From assembly GCA_038151495.1 (NCBI GenBank), contig JAYOVO010000002.1:1-41721 (forward strand): a DNA stretch of 41,721 nt, in the 5' to 3' direction. A program made the position numbers and the translations under genes. The notes beneath the pieces were generated by a model. The model searched no databases. It saw only the letters and a list, made by a program, of their open reading frames with translations, and had not been told where the DNA came from. Numbering within the stretch: position 1 is the stretch's first letter; each line of letters begins with the position of its first letter. This DNA is from Alphaproteobacteria bacterium. GTDB lineage: Bacteria; Pseudomonadota; Alphaproteobacteria; Puniceispirillales; Puniceispirillaceae. Positions 1 through 9,615 of the stretch are shown here, in pieces.

Positions 1-96
1 GCGCGGAAGCTAGCACCAGCCGCGCCCAAGGTCAATGGCCGATCACGGTTTTTTTCATGCTATTTGCGCGATCACGGCCAGTCGCGGCATGATGAT

Positions 97-735
97 TTAT
101 CCGGGACAAGCCACGCCGGTGCCTTGCAACCCGCAATAGCCATGCGGCACCTTGTGCAAATATTGCTGGTGATAGGTTTCGGCATAATAAAATTCACCAG
201 CCAGCGCCATTTCGGTGGTGATTTTGCCGTATCCGGCGGCTGTCAGCGCCTTTTGATAGGTTTGTGCTGATTGCATGATGTGATCAAGCTGGGCTGGGTC
301 AGAGGCAAAAATAGCTGAACGATATTGCGTCCCACGGTCATTGCCCTGCCGATAACCTTGGGTGGGGTCATGCGCCTGCCAAAAGCTTTGCAACAACTGA
401 CCAAGCCCGATTTTTTTTGGGTCAAACACCACCAACACCACTTCGGTGTGGCCGGTTTGACCGGAACAGACTTCTTCATAGGTGGGGTGCGGCGTGCGCC
501 CGCCCGCATAGCCAACAGCCGTAACATAAACCCCGGGCATTTTCCAAAACAGCCGCTCTGCCCCCCAAAAACAACCAAGACCAAGCGTGATCTGCTGCAT
601 CGCACCGGGAAATGGCGGTAATAATTCGGTGCCAAGCACCGCATGCGCCCCGCCAGCAAAAATTGGCAACTGCCGCCCAGCCAGATATTCATCATCATGC
701 GGCATGCGGGTTTTAAACGGATTATCAAAAAACAT
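97..735 (-). CDS. msrA: Peptide methionine sulfoxide reductase MsrA
   Basis: GCFWG catalytic motif, [34 protein letters not shown] and C-terminal GYCG..C. Start moved from the ORF-track 807 (which overlaps pgk) to ATG at 735 (MFFDNPFK). Confidence 0.96.
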   Translation of the reverse strand: MFFDNPFKTRMPHDDEYLAGRQLPIFAGGAHAVLGTELLPPFPGAMQQITLGLGCFWGAERLFWKMPGVYVTAVGYAGGRTPHPTYEEVCSGQTGHTEVVLVVFDPKKIGLGQLLQSFWQAHDPTQGYRQGNDRGTQYRSAIFASDPAQLDHIMQSAQTYQKALTAAGYGKITTEMALAGEFYYAETYHQQYLHKVPHGYCGLQGTGVACPG

Positions 736-781
736 AGCGGCCTCTTTCAAATCGCGATTACCCGCAACAGGCGCTGTTGGT

Positions 782-1981
782 TTAACGCTGTTGCAAGGCG
801 TCAACACCCGGCAGGGTTTTGCCCTCTAGCCATTCAAGAAAGGCCCCGCCCGCCGTCGATACGTATGAGAAATGGTCATTCACCCCGGCATTTGCAAGGG
901 CCGCCATTGTATCACCGCCCCCGGCAACGCTCATCACCTGCTGGTCTTGGGTCAATCGTGCCACCGCGCTGGCAACAGCGTTTGTCGCGGCATCAAATGG
1001 TTTCAATTCAAACGCCCCCATCGGCCCATTCCAGACGATTGTCTGGCACTCGGCAAGAAACGCCGTGACCGTAGCCACCGATTGCGGCCCTGCATCAAGA
1101 ATCATTTCATCATCGGCAATATCACGGCCATCGGTGACGCGGTGCGGGGCATTGGCGGCAAAGGCGGTCGCCACCACAAGATCGGTTGGCAAAATCATCC
1201 GGCACCCATTGGCATCAGCTTTCGCCATAATCGTTCTGGCCGTGGCCACCATATCTGGTTCGCCAAGCGATGCCCCAATCTGGATACCTTTTGCCAATAA
1301 AAATGTATTGGCCATGCCGCCACCAAGAATCAGGCCATCAACCTTGGTCACAAGATTTTCTAATAAGGCCAGCTTGCTTGACACTTTTGCCCCACCAACA
1401 ACCGCCCCAAGAGGCCGCCGCGGCGCCGCCAATGCGGCGTGCAATGCAGTCAGTTCCGCGGCGAATGACCGACCAGCCGCCGCTGGCATCAACCGCGGCA
1501 AGGCATCAACCGATGCATGCGACCGGTGCGCACAGGAAAACGCATCACCAACATAAATATCCCCAAGTGCGGCAAGCTTTTTGGCAAAGCCCTGATCATT
1601 GGCTTCTTCTTCCGGATAAAACCGCAAATTTTCCATCATCAGAATGTTGCCAGATTGCAACGCCGCCGCCGCCGCGGCGCCGCCAGCACCAATGACATCT
1701 GTTTCAACAACAACAGCTTGGCCCAGCAATTTTGCCATGCAATCAGCCACTGGCCGGATGCTCAAATCCGGGACAATTTTGCCCTTTGGCCGCCCAAAAT
1801 GCGTCAAAATGATGATTTTGGCCCGGGCCGCAACCAATGCCTGTAGGCCGGGTATAATCCGCCTGATTCGCGTATCGTCGCTGACCTGCCCATCTTGGAT
1901 CGGCACATTGACATCAAGACGCAACAATACCCGCTTTTCTGCCAGATCCATTTCGTCAGCGAACAAAAATCCAGTCGTCAT
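782..1981 (-). CDS. pgk: Phosphoglycerate kinase
   Basis: [51 protein letters not shown] and STAGGAFLE motifs; 399 aa. Confidence 0.98.
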   Translation of the reverse strand: MTTGFLFADEMDLAEKRVLLRLDVNVPIQDGQVSDDTRIRRIIPGLQALVAARAKIIILTHFGRPKGKIVPDLSIRPVADCMAKLLGQAVVVETDVIGAGGAAAAAALQSGNILMMENLRFYPEEEANDQGFAKKLAALGDIYVGDAFSCAHRSHASVDALPRLMPAAAGRSFAAELTALHAALAAPRRPLGAVVGGAKVSSKLALLENLVTKVDGLILGGGMANTFLLAKGIQIGASLGEPDMVATARTIMAKADANGCRMILPTDLVVATAFAANAPHRVTDGRDIADDEMILDAGPQSVATVTAFLAECQTIVWNGPMGAFELKPFDAATNAVASAVARLTQDQQVMSVAGGGDTMAALANAGVNDHFSYVSTAGGAFLEWLEGKTLPGVDALQQR

Positions 1982-2181
1982 ACCGCCACCCTATTTGCTG
2001 GCATGGTCTTCACAAGTTCTGGCAGACCAATGCGGCGCCGGGGAAATGACTAGGTGAAATGACCAATTGAATATCAACATCGTTCCGGTTATTTAGAGAT
2101 ATTCAGGCGCGAGCGCAAGGCGGCAATACTGTCAGGGTTTCTGGCGTTTACATCAGATGCATCGCCGCACAGGTATTGTGT

Positions 2182-3201
2182 ATGACACATGTTCATTTTG
2201 GAAAGTCGCTTGGATTTGTTGCCGGCGGCATTGGGGATCAGATCTATCATCTCACCCAATTGCGCGCGCTGGCCAGCGCCAGCCTTGATGGCAAAATTGA
2301 TATTGCCTGTATTCACCCGGGTTCAATTTCCACCTTGCTTGCCAACAGCCCATGGGCTGGCAAAATTATAGATGCAAGACCGCTCAGACGGTATATTCCG
2401 GCACTACGCGGCACCGGCACCGTTTCAGAAATCCGGCAGGCTGGATATAAAAGCGCCTTTATCCTGCACCGTTCGACCAGCTTTAAATTGGCAGCGTTGA
2501 CAGCGGGCATACCCTATCGTGTGGGGTTTTATGGCCAGTGGCTTGATCAATTGATTCTAACCGAAAGCTTGCCTGCTGATGCGGGGGGTGACCGCCGCGC
2601 GTTATGGGGGCACCGCCCGTTTATTGCCGCCGCCGATGAATGGATCGCGGCGCAAAATCTGGCACTTGACGACAAAACCCCAACCATTTTGCCAGCCCCA
2701 GATATGGTGGCCACCGTTGCAAATCTTCTGGCGCATTTGCCGCGCCCGATTATCATTGTCAATCTGTTTGCGGCTGACCCGGCGCGGCGCTGGTCACTCG
2801 ATCATGCATCTGCCACATTGAAAAATCTGGGGCGCCAGCTTGGTGGAAGCCTGTTATTGAATGCCGGGCCTGATGCCGCCAGCTATCATGATGCCATGCT
2901 GGAACAATGGGACGGACCCGCCGATCAGTTGATTGACAGTTTGCGGCACGCACCGTCACTGGCACGCGATATCGCCTTGTATCATGCGGCAGATGGGTAT
3001 GTCGGCGTTGATAGCTTCACGGCCAATCTTGCGTTTAATTGCCATCTGCCAGCAACTGTTCTTTTTGCCAAAGCTGGCGACAGGCTGCGCTATAAACCGG
3101 CTGTTTTCCCACTGTTTCCAGATGCTGGCAAAGGGCTAGACAGCATTTCTCCAGATGAAATTATCGATCAATGCGCCAAAATGCTACAGGCGTCGCGATA
3201 G
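2182..3201 (+). CDS. Glycosyltransferase family 9 (heptosyltransferase-like, GT-B fold)
   Basis: N-terminal GGIGDQ, RRWS and YVGVDSFTANLA (cf. GT9 G.D, KRW and G.DSG..H.A); about 339 aa. ATG 2182 preferred over TTG 2176. Confidence 0.8.
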   Translation: MTHVHFGKSLGFVAGGIGDQIYHLTQLRALASASLDGKIDIACIHPGSISTLLANSPWAGKIIDARPLRRYIPALRGTGTVSEIRQAGYKSAFILHRSTSFKLAALTAGIPYRVGFYGQWLDQLILTESLPADAGGDRRALWGHRPFIAAADEWIAAQNLALDDKTPTILPAPDMVATVANLLAHLPRPIIIVNLFAADPARRWSLDHASATLKNLGRQLGGSLLLNAGPDAASYHDAMLEQWDGPADQLIDSLRHAPSLARDIALYHAADGYVGVDSFTANLAFNCHLPATVLFAKAGDRLRYKPAVFPLFPDAGKGLDSISPDEIIDQCAKMLQASR

Positions 3202-3226
3202 TTTGAATCCGCCGAACCGGGCCAAT

Positions 3227-3613
3227 CTAGTAAGATTCGTAAGATTTCTCTTCGATCAAAGCTGACCCAGTCGCCAAATTGATTTGCTTTTTGATTTCGG
3301 CACGCTTGTCATTTGTCACATATACCGCTCGCGCCAATCTGATAAATTCAGCGTCAAAGCTTTTGGCGGCTTCTTTTTCCCGGATATCATCTTCGATATC
3401 CCATAACGCCTCATTGACCGCCTTTAATTCTGCCATCAAGCCCTGCATCTGATCAGTAGTAAACGCATCGCCAGCCACCAGCGGAAGCAACGCATCAAGC
3501 TCGTTCTGGATATTGACCCGTTTGGCCGCATCGGAAATATGCGCAAGCTTAATTTGCAAAATTGTAATTTTATCTAGAACTTCACCAACTGAAACAGGAA
3601 CTTGGAGTTGCAT
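3227..3613 (-). CDS. DUF6165-like small helical protein
   Basis: VPVSVGEVLDKITILQIK...VNEALWDIEDDIR...FIRLARAVYVTNDKRAEIKKQIN...EEKSY matches my recollection of this conserved family; function unknown. Confidence 0.8.
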   Translation of the reverse strand: MQLQVPVSVGEVLDKITILQIKLAHISDAAKRVNIQNELDALLPLVAGDAFTTDQMQGLMAELKAVNEALWDIEDDIREKEAAKSFDAEFIRLARAVYVTNDKRAEIKKQINLATGSALIEEKSYESY

Positions 3614-3857
3614 GGCTGACCTTTATTAAAGTGATGAGGGGGGTGATGAACCAATAAATGCGGCGTTGCTGTCATAAAATACAACTATCAGCAAAAGATC
3701 AAGATTATGACAGATTTCATTTGGCACAGAGTTCATCTGGCAGATTTCTCGTTTGGGGGGAATCTGCAAAATGGCGGACACCCCCCTTGTCCAATCTGCC
3801 ATTCAGCGTAATATGATATCGTTTTTTCATCCATAAGATCATCTGCCGCGTCATCTC

Positions 3858-4604
3858 ATGCCAGACATCCACGCTCACCGCCAGCCCGCCGCCGAATTTT
3901 GGCTTGGTGTACGGCATGAACTGCCACTCCAGCTTGGCGTTATTCCTTTTGGGCTGGTGTTTGGCATTTTGGGCCTTGCCAGTGGGTTAACCGGGCTACA
4001 AACAATTTTGCTGTCATCGATCCTGTTTGGCGGGGCTAGTCAGGTGGTTTTTGCCCAGCTATGGGCCGCGGGTGTGCCACCATTGGTTGTTGGCGGGTCC
4101 GTTGGCGTGGTGAATTTACGGCATGTTCTCTACAGCGCATCCATGGCACAATATCTGCGGCATTTGCCACTGAGATGGCGCATTCTTCTTGGCTATTTAT
4201 TGACCGACGAGGCCTATGCTGTATCGATCAGGCGGTTTCGAGACGGGCCAGACAGCCCGCATCAGCATTACCATCTTCTTGGCAGTGGCATGACCCTGTG
4301 GGTGGCGTGGCAAGCCTCTACAATCATTGGCGTAATCGCTGGCACAACCATTCCTGATTCTTGGTCGCTCTCATTTGCCATTCCGCTGACCTTTATTGCC
4401 GTGGTCGCCCCCAGCATTCGGCGGCGGGCTGATCTTGTCGCCTGTGTGGTGGCCGCCGCTCTGTCGCTGATTTGCCAACCTCTGCCGTGGAAGTCTTGGA
4501 TCATCGTTGCCGCCTGTGGCGGCATTGCCGCGGGCTGGCTGACGCATTACCACGCCCGGACGCGGGGCAAATTTACCGCTGACGAAAATGGTGGGGCGTC
4601 ATGA
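3858..4604 (+). CDS. azlC: AzlC family branched-chain amino acid exporter, large subunit
   Basis: Hydrophobic; FGGASQ, NLRHVLYS and LTDEAYA motifs; 4-nt ATGA overlap with the next gene. Confidence 0.92.
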   Translation: MPDIHAHRQPAAEFWLGVRHELPLQLGVIPFGLVFGILGLASGLTGLQTILLSSILFGGASQVVFAQLWAAGVPPLVVGGSVGVVNLRHVLYSASMAQYLRHLPLRWRILLGYLLTDEAYAVSIRRFRDGPDSPHQHYHLLGSGMTLWVAWQASTIIGVIAGTTIPDSWSLSFAIPLTFIAVVAPSIRRRADLVACVVAAALSLICQPLPWKSWIIVAACGGIAAGWLTHYHARTRGKFTADENGGAS

Positions 4605-4915
4605 TCTGGCTGGTGATGATCCTAGGCGGTATATTCACCTTTGGCACACGGTTTGTGATGCTGAGTGGATGGGTGGCGCATGGCCTGCCAAGATGGTTGA
4701 TCGACGCGCTTGCCTTTGTACCCATTGCCGTTTTAACGGCGATCCTTGTGCCAGCGGTTCTGATCGACCCGGCAACGCAACAGATTATCGTAATAGGAAA
4801 TGCGCGGGTTGTTGCCGCTGTCATCGCCACGATCATTGCCCTGCTGACCCGCAATGTGATTGCCACCATCACTTCGGGGCTGGCAACATTATGGTTTGTG
4901 CAATGGTGGTTGTAA
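4601..4915 (+). CDS. azlD: AzlD family small membrane subunit
   Basis: 104 aa with 3-4 TM segments; TFGTR and ALAFVPIAVLTAIL; translationally coupled to azlC. Confidence 0.9.
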   Translation: MIWLVMILGGIFTFGTRFVMLSGWVAHGLPRWLIDALAFVPIAVLTAILVPAVLIDPATQQIIVIGNARVVAAVIATIIALLTRNVIATITSGLATLWFVQWWL

Positions 4916-4916
4916 C

Positions 4917-4944
4917 TTGCCGCAAGGGCGGCAATGTTATGTTT
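4917..4944 (+). terminator. Intrinsic terminator after azlD, in the convergent gap with phhB
   Basis: TTGCCGC-AAGG-GCGGCAA (7-bp stem, 4917-4934) followed by T-rich TGTTATGTTT. Confidence 0.6.
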
Positions 4945-4952
4945 GCGCGGGC

Positions 4953-5267
4953 TTATGTTTGACCTGAATCTCTGGCGATCGCGTCGCTTTTTTGCGCCAG
5001 CTTTAGATCAAGGCCGGTCACCCCGCCAGATGCATGCGTTGTCCATCTGATGCACACCTTGTTATAGACATTCTGCCATTCTGGATGATGATTGGCACGT
5101 TCAGCCGCCAAAGCCACCCGGCTCATAAACCCAAAGGCTGCATTAAATCCTGAAAATACATATGTTTTCTCCAGCGCGGGCTGGTCTCCATCGGTGCGAA
5201 CTACCCACCCGTCAAGCTGATTGATCGCGGCATCAATTTCTGCCTTTGTCAAAATCTCATAGGGCAT
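4953..5267 (-). CDS. phhB: Pterin-4a-carbinolamine dehydratase
   Basis: [27 protein letters not shown] motif. Start reassigned to ATG 5267 (MPYEILTK). Confidence 0.93.
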   Translation of the reverse strand: MPYEILTKAEIDAAINQLDGWVVRTDGDQPALEKTYVFSGFNAAFGFMSRVALAAERANHHPEWQNVYNKVCIRWTTHASGGVTGLDLKLAQKSDAIARDSGQT

Positions 5268-5349
5268 TTCTGCGCTCCTCTGGCATCTGCGGCCCGCATG
5301 CATCATGCTGGCCTTTTAACTATAGGCAAAACGGACTAAACTGTCAGCC

Positions 5350-5814
5350 ATGTCAAAGACTGTGTTACTGATTGCCCATACCCCCTCGCCGAATACGCTG
5401 GCACTTGCCAAAGCCGCAATGGACTCTGTTGCCAGCCACGACACCGGCGATGTTGTTATGCGGTGCCTGTCCCCCTTTGACATTTCCGCAAAAGATGTCA
5501 GCGAATCCACCGCGGTGATCATTGGTACCACCGAAAATATCGGATATATGGCCGGGGCAACAAAAGATATGTTTGACAGATGCTATAATGACTGGCTCGA
5601 CAGCACCGCCGCCAAACCAGTGGCAATTTATATCCGCGCTGGCCTTGACGGCACCGCAACCAAAAACGCATTGACTTCTATATGCGGTGGGCTGAAATGG
5701 CGCTTGATCGCGGCGCCGCTGATCGTTCGCGGCAGTTGGCAAGATTCGTTTTGTGACCAAGTCAGTGAGCTATGCCTTGGCGTTGTTCTTGGCATCGATA
5801 GTGGCATTTATTGA
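5350..5814 (+). CDS. Flavodoxin-like / NAD(P)H-dependent FMN reductase family protein
   Basis: HTPSPNT phosphate loop, GTTENIGYMAGATKDMFDRCY, YIRAGLDG; overlaps the convergent PCuAC stop by 7 nt. Confidence 0.8.
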   Translation: MSKTVLLIAHTPSPNTLALAKAAMDSVASHDTGDVVMRCLSPFDISAKDVSESTAVIIGTTENIGYMAGATKDMFDRCYNDWLDSTAAKPVAIYIRAGLDGTATKNALTSICGGLKWRLIAAPLIVRGSWQDSFCDQVSELCLGVVLGIDSGIY

Positions 5815-6326
5815 GATTTTTTTGAATGATCCTGACCATGCGATGCGTCGTGGCCGGGCATGTTCATCATGATATCCCCAGGCCGTTTTGCCGTTGCAGT
5901 AAGCTTTATGTCACCTGCTTTTTCGAACACCAAAATGATTTCATGCTGGCTACCCGGGGCCAGATCGGTGGTCAGCCCCATCAACATAATATGTAAACCG
6001 CCCGGGGCCAGCGTTACACTGTCACCAGCGGCAATGGCAAGGCCGCCATCAACAGCCCGCATCCGCATCACCCCTTGATCCATCTCCATTGAATGGATTT
6101 CAACACGCTGTGCGATGGCCGTTTTTGCCGCGATCAGGCGATCATCCGACCCGCCATTATTGGTAATTTTCAGATATGCGGCGCTACTTGGCATGCCCGC
6201 TACAGTGGCCCGAAGCTGCATGTCTGAAAAACTGATTGTGTCGCTGGCAGCGGCGATACCGTTCAGGCCGCTCATAACCATCATTGCCAGTGCCAGAACC
6301 AAAGGTCTATTCAAAATGTTGGTCAT
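5808..6326 (-). CDS. Periplasmic copper chaperone PCu(A)C
   Basis: Signal peptide; SAAYLKITN...DRLI, EIH...M.M...LAPGGLHIML (H-M-H-M Cu site); Met/His-rich C-terminal tail. Confidence 0.93.
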   Translation of the reverse strand: MTNILNRPLVLALAMMVMSGLNGIAAASDTISFSDMQLRATVAGMPSSAAYLKITNNGGSDDRLIAAKTAIAQRVEIHSMEMDQGVMRMRAVDGGLAIAAGDSVTLAPGGLHIMLMGLTTDLAPGSQHEIILVFEKAGDIKLTATAKRPGDIMMNMPGHDASHGQDHSKKSQ

Positions 6327-6341
6327 TATTCTTGCTGTTTC

Positions 6342-7490
6342 CTAGCGGTTAAGTTGCTTTACTTCATCGATTGTCTTCAAGCCCAACTGCGCCATAACAT
6401 CGCGCACTTCTTCCAGCATGATGGTTGCCGCATGGTGACCGCCTTTTTTACCAAGTGCCGCAACCGCGTACATAAAGCCGCGCCCTAATAGCACAAAATC
6501 CGCACCCGCCGACAATGCCCGCACCACATCGAGGCCAGATCGGATACCACTATCAACAACAAGCGGCACATCCGGGCCAACCGCGGCACGAATAGCCGCA
6601 AGTTTTGCCAACGGTGCTGGGGCGGCATCAAGCTGGCGCCCCCCATGGTTTGACACAACAATGCCATCTATCCCAAGATTGACCGCACGGGCCGCATCCT
6701 GACCATGTAAAATGCCTTTTAAGAACATTTTACCGTCCCAGTTTTTACGAATCTCCGACAGATAATCCCAATCCAGAGAGCCATTTAACTGCTCACCAAT
6801 AAATTTGGTGATCTGTCCGGCGCCATGTTGTTTTGCATAAGGCTCCATATTACGAAACCGCGCCCCGCCGTTCAGCAATGTCCGCACCGCCCATTCTGGA
6901 CGCAACATACTTTGCCAGATTACCCGTGGGGTGAAGCTGGAATTGCCGCGACTGCCAAGCGGTGCGCCAGCAATCCGCATATGCTCGCGCCGGCTGGGGG
7001 CGGGTACATCAGCCGTGACCACTAGATTCTGATAGCCATTTTCTTTGGCGCGCCGCAGCAAATCCTTCATGATCGCACGGTCTTTCGGGGCGTATAGTTG
7101 AAACCAAGCCATCTCACCGGCCGATTGCGCAACCATTTCAATCGATTCACCAGCAACGGTGCTAAGAATATAAGGAAACCCATGGGCTTTGGCGGCGGCG
7201 CCCAAAATTGATTCGGCCCCCGGCCAAATCAGCGATGAAAGCCCCACCGGGGCCACCCCAAAAGGCGCGTTATATGTAACGCCAAATATTTGCGTACTCA
7301 AATCAGGATTGACCCGCCCGCGCATAAATTGCGGGGTTAATTCAATGCCATCAAGATAGGCCCGGTTATTGTCTTTGGCATGGTCCAGACCGGTACCCGA
7401 ATCTAGATAGGCAAATACAAATTTTGGAATGCGGCGCGCGGCTGGCGCCTCTAGATCAGTCAAACGCGGATATTTGTTCATCAAATCCAT
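6342..7490 (-). CDS. FMN-dependent alpha-hydroxy-acid dehydrogenase/oxidase (LldD/mandelate DH family)
   Basis: WFQLY, LKGI, VSNHGGRQLD, DSGIRSGLD, LLGRGF. Start reassigned to ATG 7490. Confidence 0.92.
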   Translation of the reverse strand: MDLMNKYPRLTDLEAPAARRIPKFVFAYLDSGTGLDHAKDNNRAYLDGIELTPQFMRGRVNPDLSTQIFGVTYNAPFGVAPVGLSSLIWPGAESILGAAAKAHGFPYILSTVAGESIEMVAQSAGEMAWFQLYAPKDRAIMKDLLRRAKENGYQNLVVTADVPAPSRREHMRIAGAPLGSRGNSSFTPRVIWQSMLRPEWAVRTLLNGGARFRNMEPYAKQHGAGQITKFIGEQLNGSLDWDYLSEIRKNWDGKMFLKGILHGQDAARAVNLGIDGIVVSNHGGRQLDAAPAPLAKLAAIRAAVGPDVPLVVDSGIRSGLDVVRALSAGADFVLLGRGFMYAVAALGKKGGHHAATIMLEEVRDVMAQLGLKTIDEVKQLNR

Positions 7491-7657
7491 TACATCACCC
7501 CACATCCAAAACGCTGGATGCCAATCATGGCTGTAGTCAGCATCTCTCAGCTTTCATCACTTGCGTGCATTTTATGTACAATGTCCAGACCCGTTGGGCA
7601 ATAAGCAGCCGGGGGGACTGCGCCATCTTGCCGCGATCGCATCTATGCCACAACAGC

Positions 7658-7686
7658 TTGCCAAACCGCCGGTTTCTGTCTAGCAC
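7658..7686 (+). promoter_or_regulatory. Possible sigma70 promoter for ccmE
   Basis: TTGCCA-N17-TAGCAC about 60 nt upstream of the ccmE ATG; alphaproteobacterial-type -10. Pattern match only. Confidence 0.3.
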
Positions 7687-7745
7687 ATAGGCGGGTGGCA
7701 GATTTTTTTTAAATGAACCATGACCTGATACGATAATGTGAAGAC

Positions 7746-8183
7746 ATGACCGCGAAATCAAAACGATTATTTGTCATTGCCGGTATTGCATCTCTGCTTG
7801 GCATTGCCGCTATGCTGGTACTAGGGGCGTTACGCGATAATATCGTATTTTTCTACACCCCGTCTGAAATCAACCAATCAGACAGACAATCTGGGCGACA
7901 ATTGCGGCTTGGCGGCCTGGTAAAAGACGGCAGTGTCAAGATTGACGGCATGCAATCTGTTTTTGTCGTAACAGATGGCAGCGCCGATATAACCGTTCGG
8001 TATAATAATGCCTTGCCAAGCCTGTTTCGTGAGGGCCAAGGTGTAGTTGCCGAAGGCCAGATCGAAAATGGCATATTCATGGCGCAAAATGTGTTGGCCA
8101 AACATGATGAAAATTATATGCCAGCTGAAGTTGCCGATAAATTGAAAGAACAAGGTGTGTGGCAGGGCGGCGCGTCAAATTAG
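7746..8183 (+). CDS. ccmE: Cytochrome c maturation heme chaperone CcmE
   Basis: N-terminal TM, FFYTPSE, RLGGLV, LPSLFREGQGVVAEG, VLAKHDENYMP (HxxxY heme site). Confidence 0.97.
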   Translation: MTAKSKRLFVIAGIASLLGIAAMLVLGALRDNIVFFYTPSEINQSDRQSGRQLRLGGLVKDGSVKIDGMQSVFVVTDGSADITVRYNNALPSLFREGQGVVAEGQIENGIFMAQNVLAKHDENYMPAEVADKLKEQGVWQGGASN

Positions 8184-8199
8184 CTGACCCCTGCCGGAT

Positions 8200-8264
8200 C
8201 ATAATATAGGCCCGATCAAAATCTGGGCTCGGCATAATGTGGGCCCGGCATAATGTGAGTCTGA
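8200..8264. repeat. Four degenerate ~16-nt tandem repeats
   Basis: CATAATATAGGCCCGAT / CAAAATCTGGGCTCGG / CATAATGTGGGCCCGG / CATAATGTGAGTCTGA in the ccmE-DMT convergent gap. Confidence 0.7.
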
Positions 8265-8306
8265 TGCCCCAAAATATTTAGCCCCAGCAAAGCGGCGTGA
8301 TCTATC

Positions 8307-9323
8307 TTAATCCGACTTGTCGTTTGACTGTGTTTCGTCATCGAAATTTTGCTGTACTACGGCAGCGGCGGCTGGCATTGGCGCCGAACTGGCAACATCA
8401 ACATTACGAATATTTTCGCGGTACAGCGTGTAAATCCCGCCAAATAAAATAAGCACCATGCCAAACCATGCCTGTGCTGTTGGCCATTCCCCCCAAATCA
8501 CCACCCCCCAAAAGGCCCCAAAAGGGATTGCGGTATATTCAAACGGGGCAATCACTGACGCTTCGACAGACCGGTAGGCGTTTGATGACGCCACTGATAA
8601 AAACAATACCGATAGACAGCAGATCAAAACAAACAGCCAATCCATCGGCGACATCAAAACCGGCCCCCGCACCAGAAAATCAATCGTGGCATTACCGGTT
8701 GGTGGCACCGGCCAGATCACATTCGCCACCACCATCAGCGCCCCAACAACAAAATAACAAAGATGTTGCACCGTAACCATGGCCGACAAACTGCCATCTG
8801 CCTTTAACCGCCTTGTCCAAATCTGGAACAGCGCATAGCTTACAGCCGCGCCAATGACCAACAAATTTTCTTTCTGAAACTCTCCCCCGCTGGGCTGAAT
8901 AATGACCAGCACGCCAATCATCCCAGCCGACACCGACGCAAGGCGGTGGACGCCTATTTTTTCCCCAAGAAATGGCACGGATAATAACGTGATAATCATC
9001 GGTGCCACAAAAAATATGGCAATCACATTGGCCAAAGGCAGACTGCCAAGCGATACAAAAAATAACAGCATAGCCACCACCAAACACATGGCACGACCAA
9101 CAAACTGCCAGAACACCGGTGCGGATAAATTCAACATGGCGCGCAGACCATCGCTGACCAGCACAACCAGAACAAGCGATAATAAGGCGCGCACCGCTAC
9201 CACCTGCCCAAGCGAGATAGAGGCGCTCATAATTTTAATTAGCGCATCATTCAGCGGGATCACGGCCATGGCCAAACCAAGCAAACCAAGCGCGTAACTT
9301 GGCGTGGTAAATCGTTCCATCAT
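8307..9323 (-). CDS. DMT/EamA family transporter
   Basis: About 10 TM; FFVAPMIITLLSVPFLGEKIG and ASVIAPFEYTAIP EamA motifs. Confidence 0.9.
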   Translation of the reverse strand: MMERFTTPSYALGLLGLAMAVIPLNDALIKIMSASISLGQVVAVRALLSLVLVVLVSDGLRAMLNLSAPVFWQFVGRAMCLVVAMLLFFVSLGSLPLANVIAIFFVAPMIITLLSVPFLGEKIGVHRLASVSAGMIGVLVIIQPSGGEFQKENLLVIGAAVSYALFQIWTRRLKADGSLSAMVTVQHLCYFVVGALMVVANVIWPVPPTGNATIDFLVRGPVLMSPMDWLFVLICCLSVLFLSVASSNAYRSVEASVIAPFEYTAIPFGAFWGVVIWGEWPTAQAWFGMVLILFGGIYTLYRENIRNVDVASSAPMPAAAAVVQQNFDDETQSNDKSD

Positions 9324-9506
9324 ATGCGCAACTCTTTTCTGCTAGGTGGCGCGGGCCGCCATCATCGATAGCCGGGCCCACCAAATAACCAGCACGTCCA
9401 TTCTGGTTAACAGTAAAATAATCATGATGCAATGACCCGGTAATTCATTGGCTGTTCATTTTGGTTCGCACCATAGACCAACCGCGTAAAATCACCGAAA
9501 ACTGAC

Positions 9507-9535
9507 TTGTCATTGCGCATGGTTTCAGTCAAGCT
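9507..9535 (+). promoter_or_regulatory. Possible sigma70 promoter of the ALDH-M19-orphan-DUF3726 operon, overlapped by palindrome TGACTTGTCA
   Basis: TTGTCA(9507-9512)-N17-CAAGCT(9530-9535), about 80 nt upstream of ATG 9616. Pattern match only. Confidence 0.35.
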
Positions 9536-9615
9536 TGCGATCAATTTTTTAAAAAGATTCTGTATCGTTAAAAAAATAGACTACGCCGCTTGCACGGCGC
9601 ACAGAAAGCGTACTT

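Noticed and set aside
819-1556. 245-aa + strand ORF antisense to pgk, and similar shadow ORFs (e.g. 32130-32675, 15066-15467, 31094-31516)
   Set aside because: They lie wholly opposite well-supported genes, have Ala/Ser/Pro/Thr-rich mirror composition and show no motifs; expected from codon bias.
2043-2063. Direct repeat GAAATGAC-N5-GAAATGAC in the pgk/GT9 divergent gap
   Set aside because: A single short repeat with no matching known motif or second instance; cannot be told from chance.
3669-3713. Pho box (CTGTCAT) or 9-bp inverted repeat CTGTCATAA..TTATGACAG
   Set aside because: Only one Pho half-site with no 11-bp direct repeat; the inverted repeat has a 27-nt spacer, and neighbouring genes are not phosphate-related.
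8200-8264. CRISPR-like array
   Set aside because: Units are 16 nt, adjacent, without unique spacers, and there are no cas genes.
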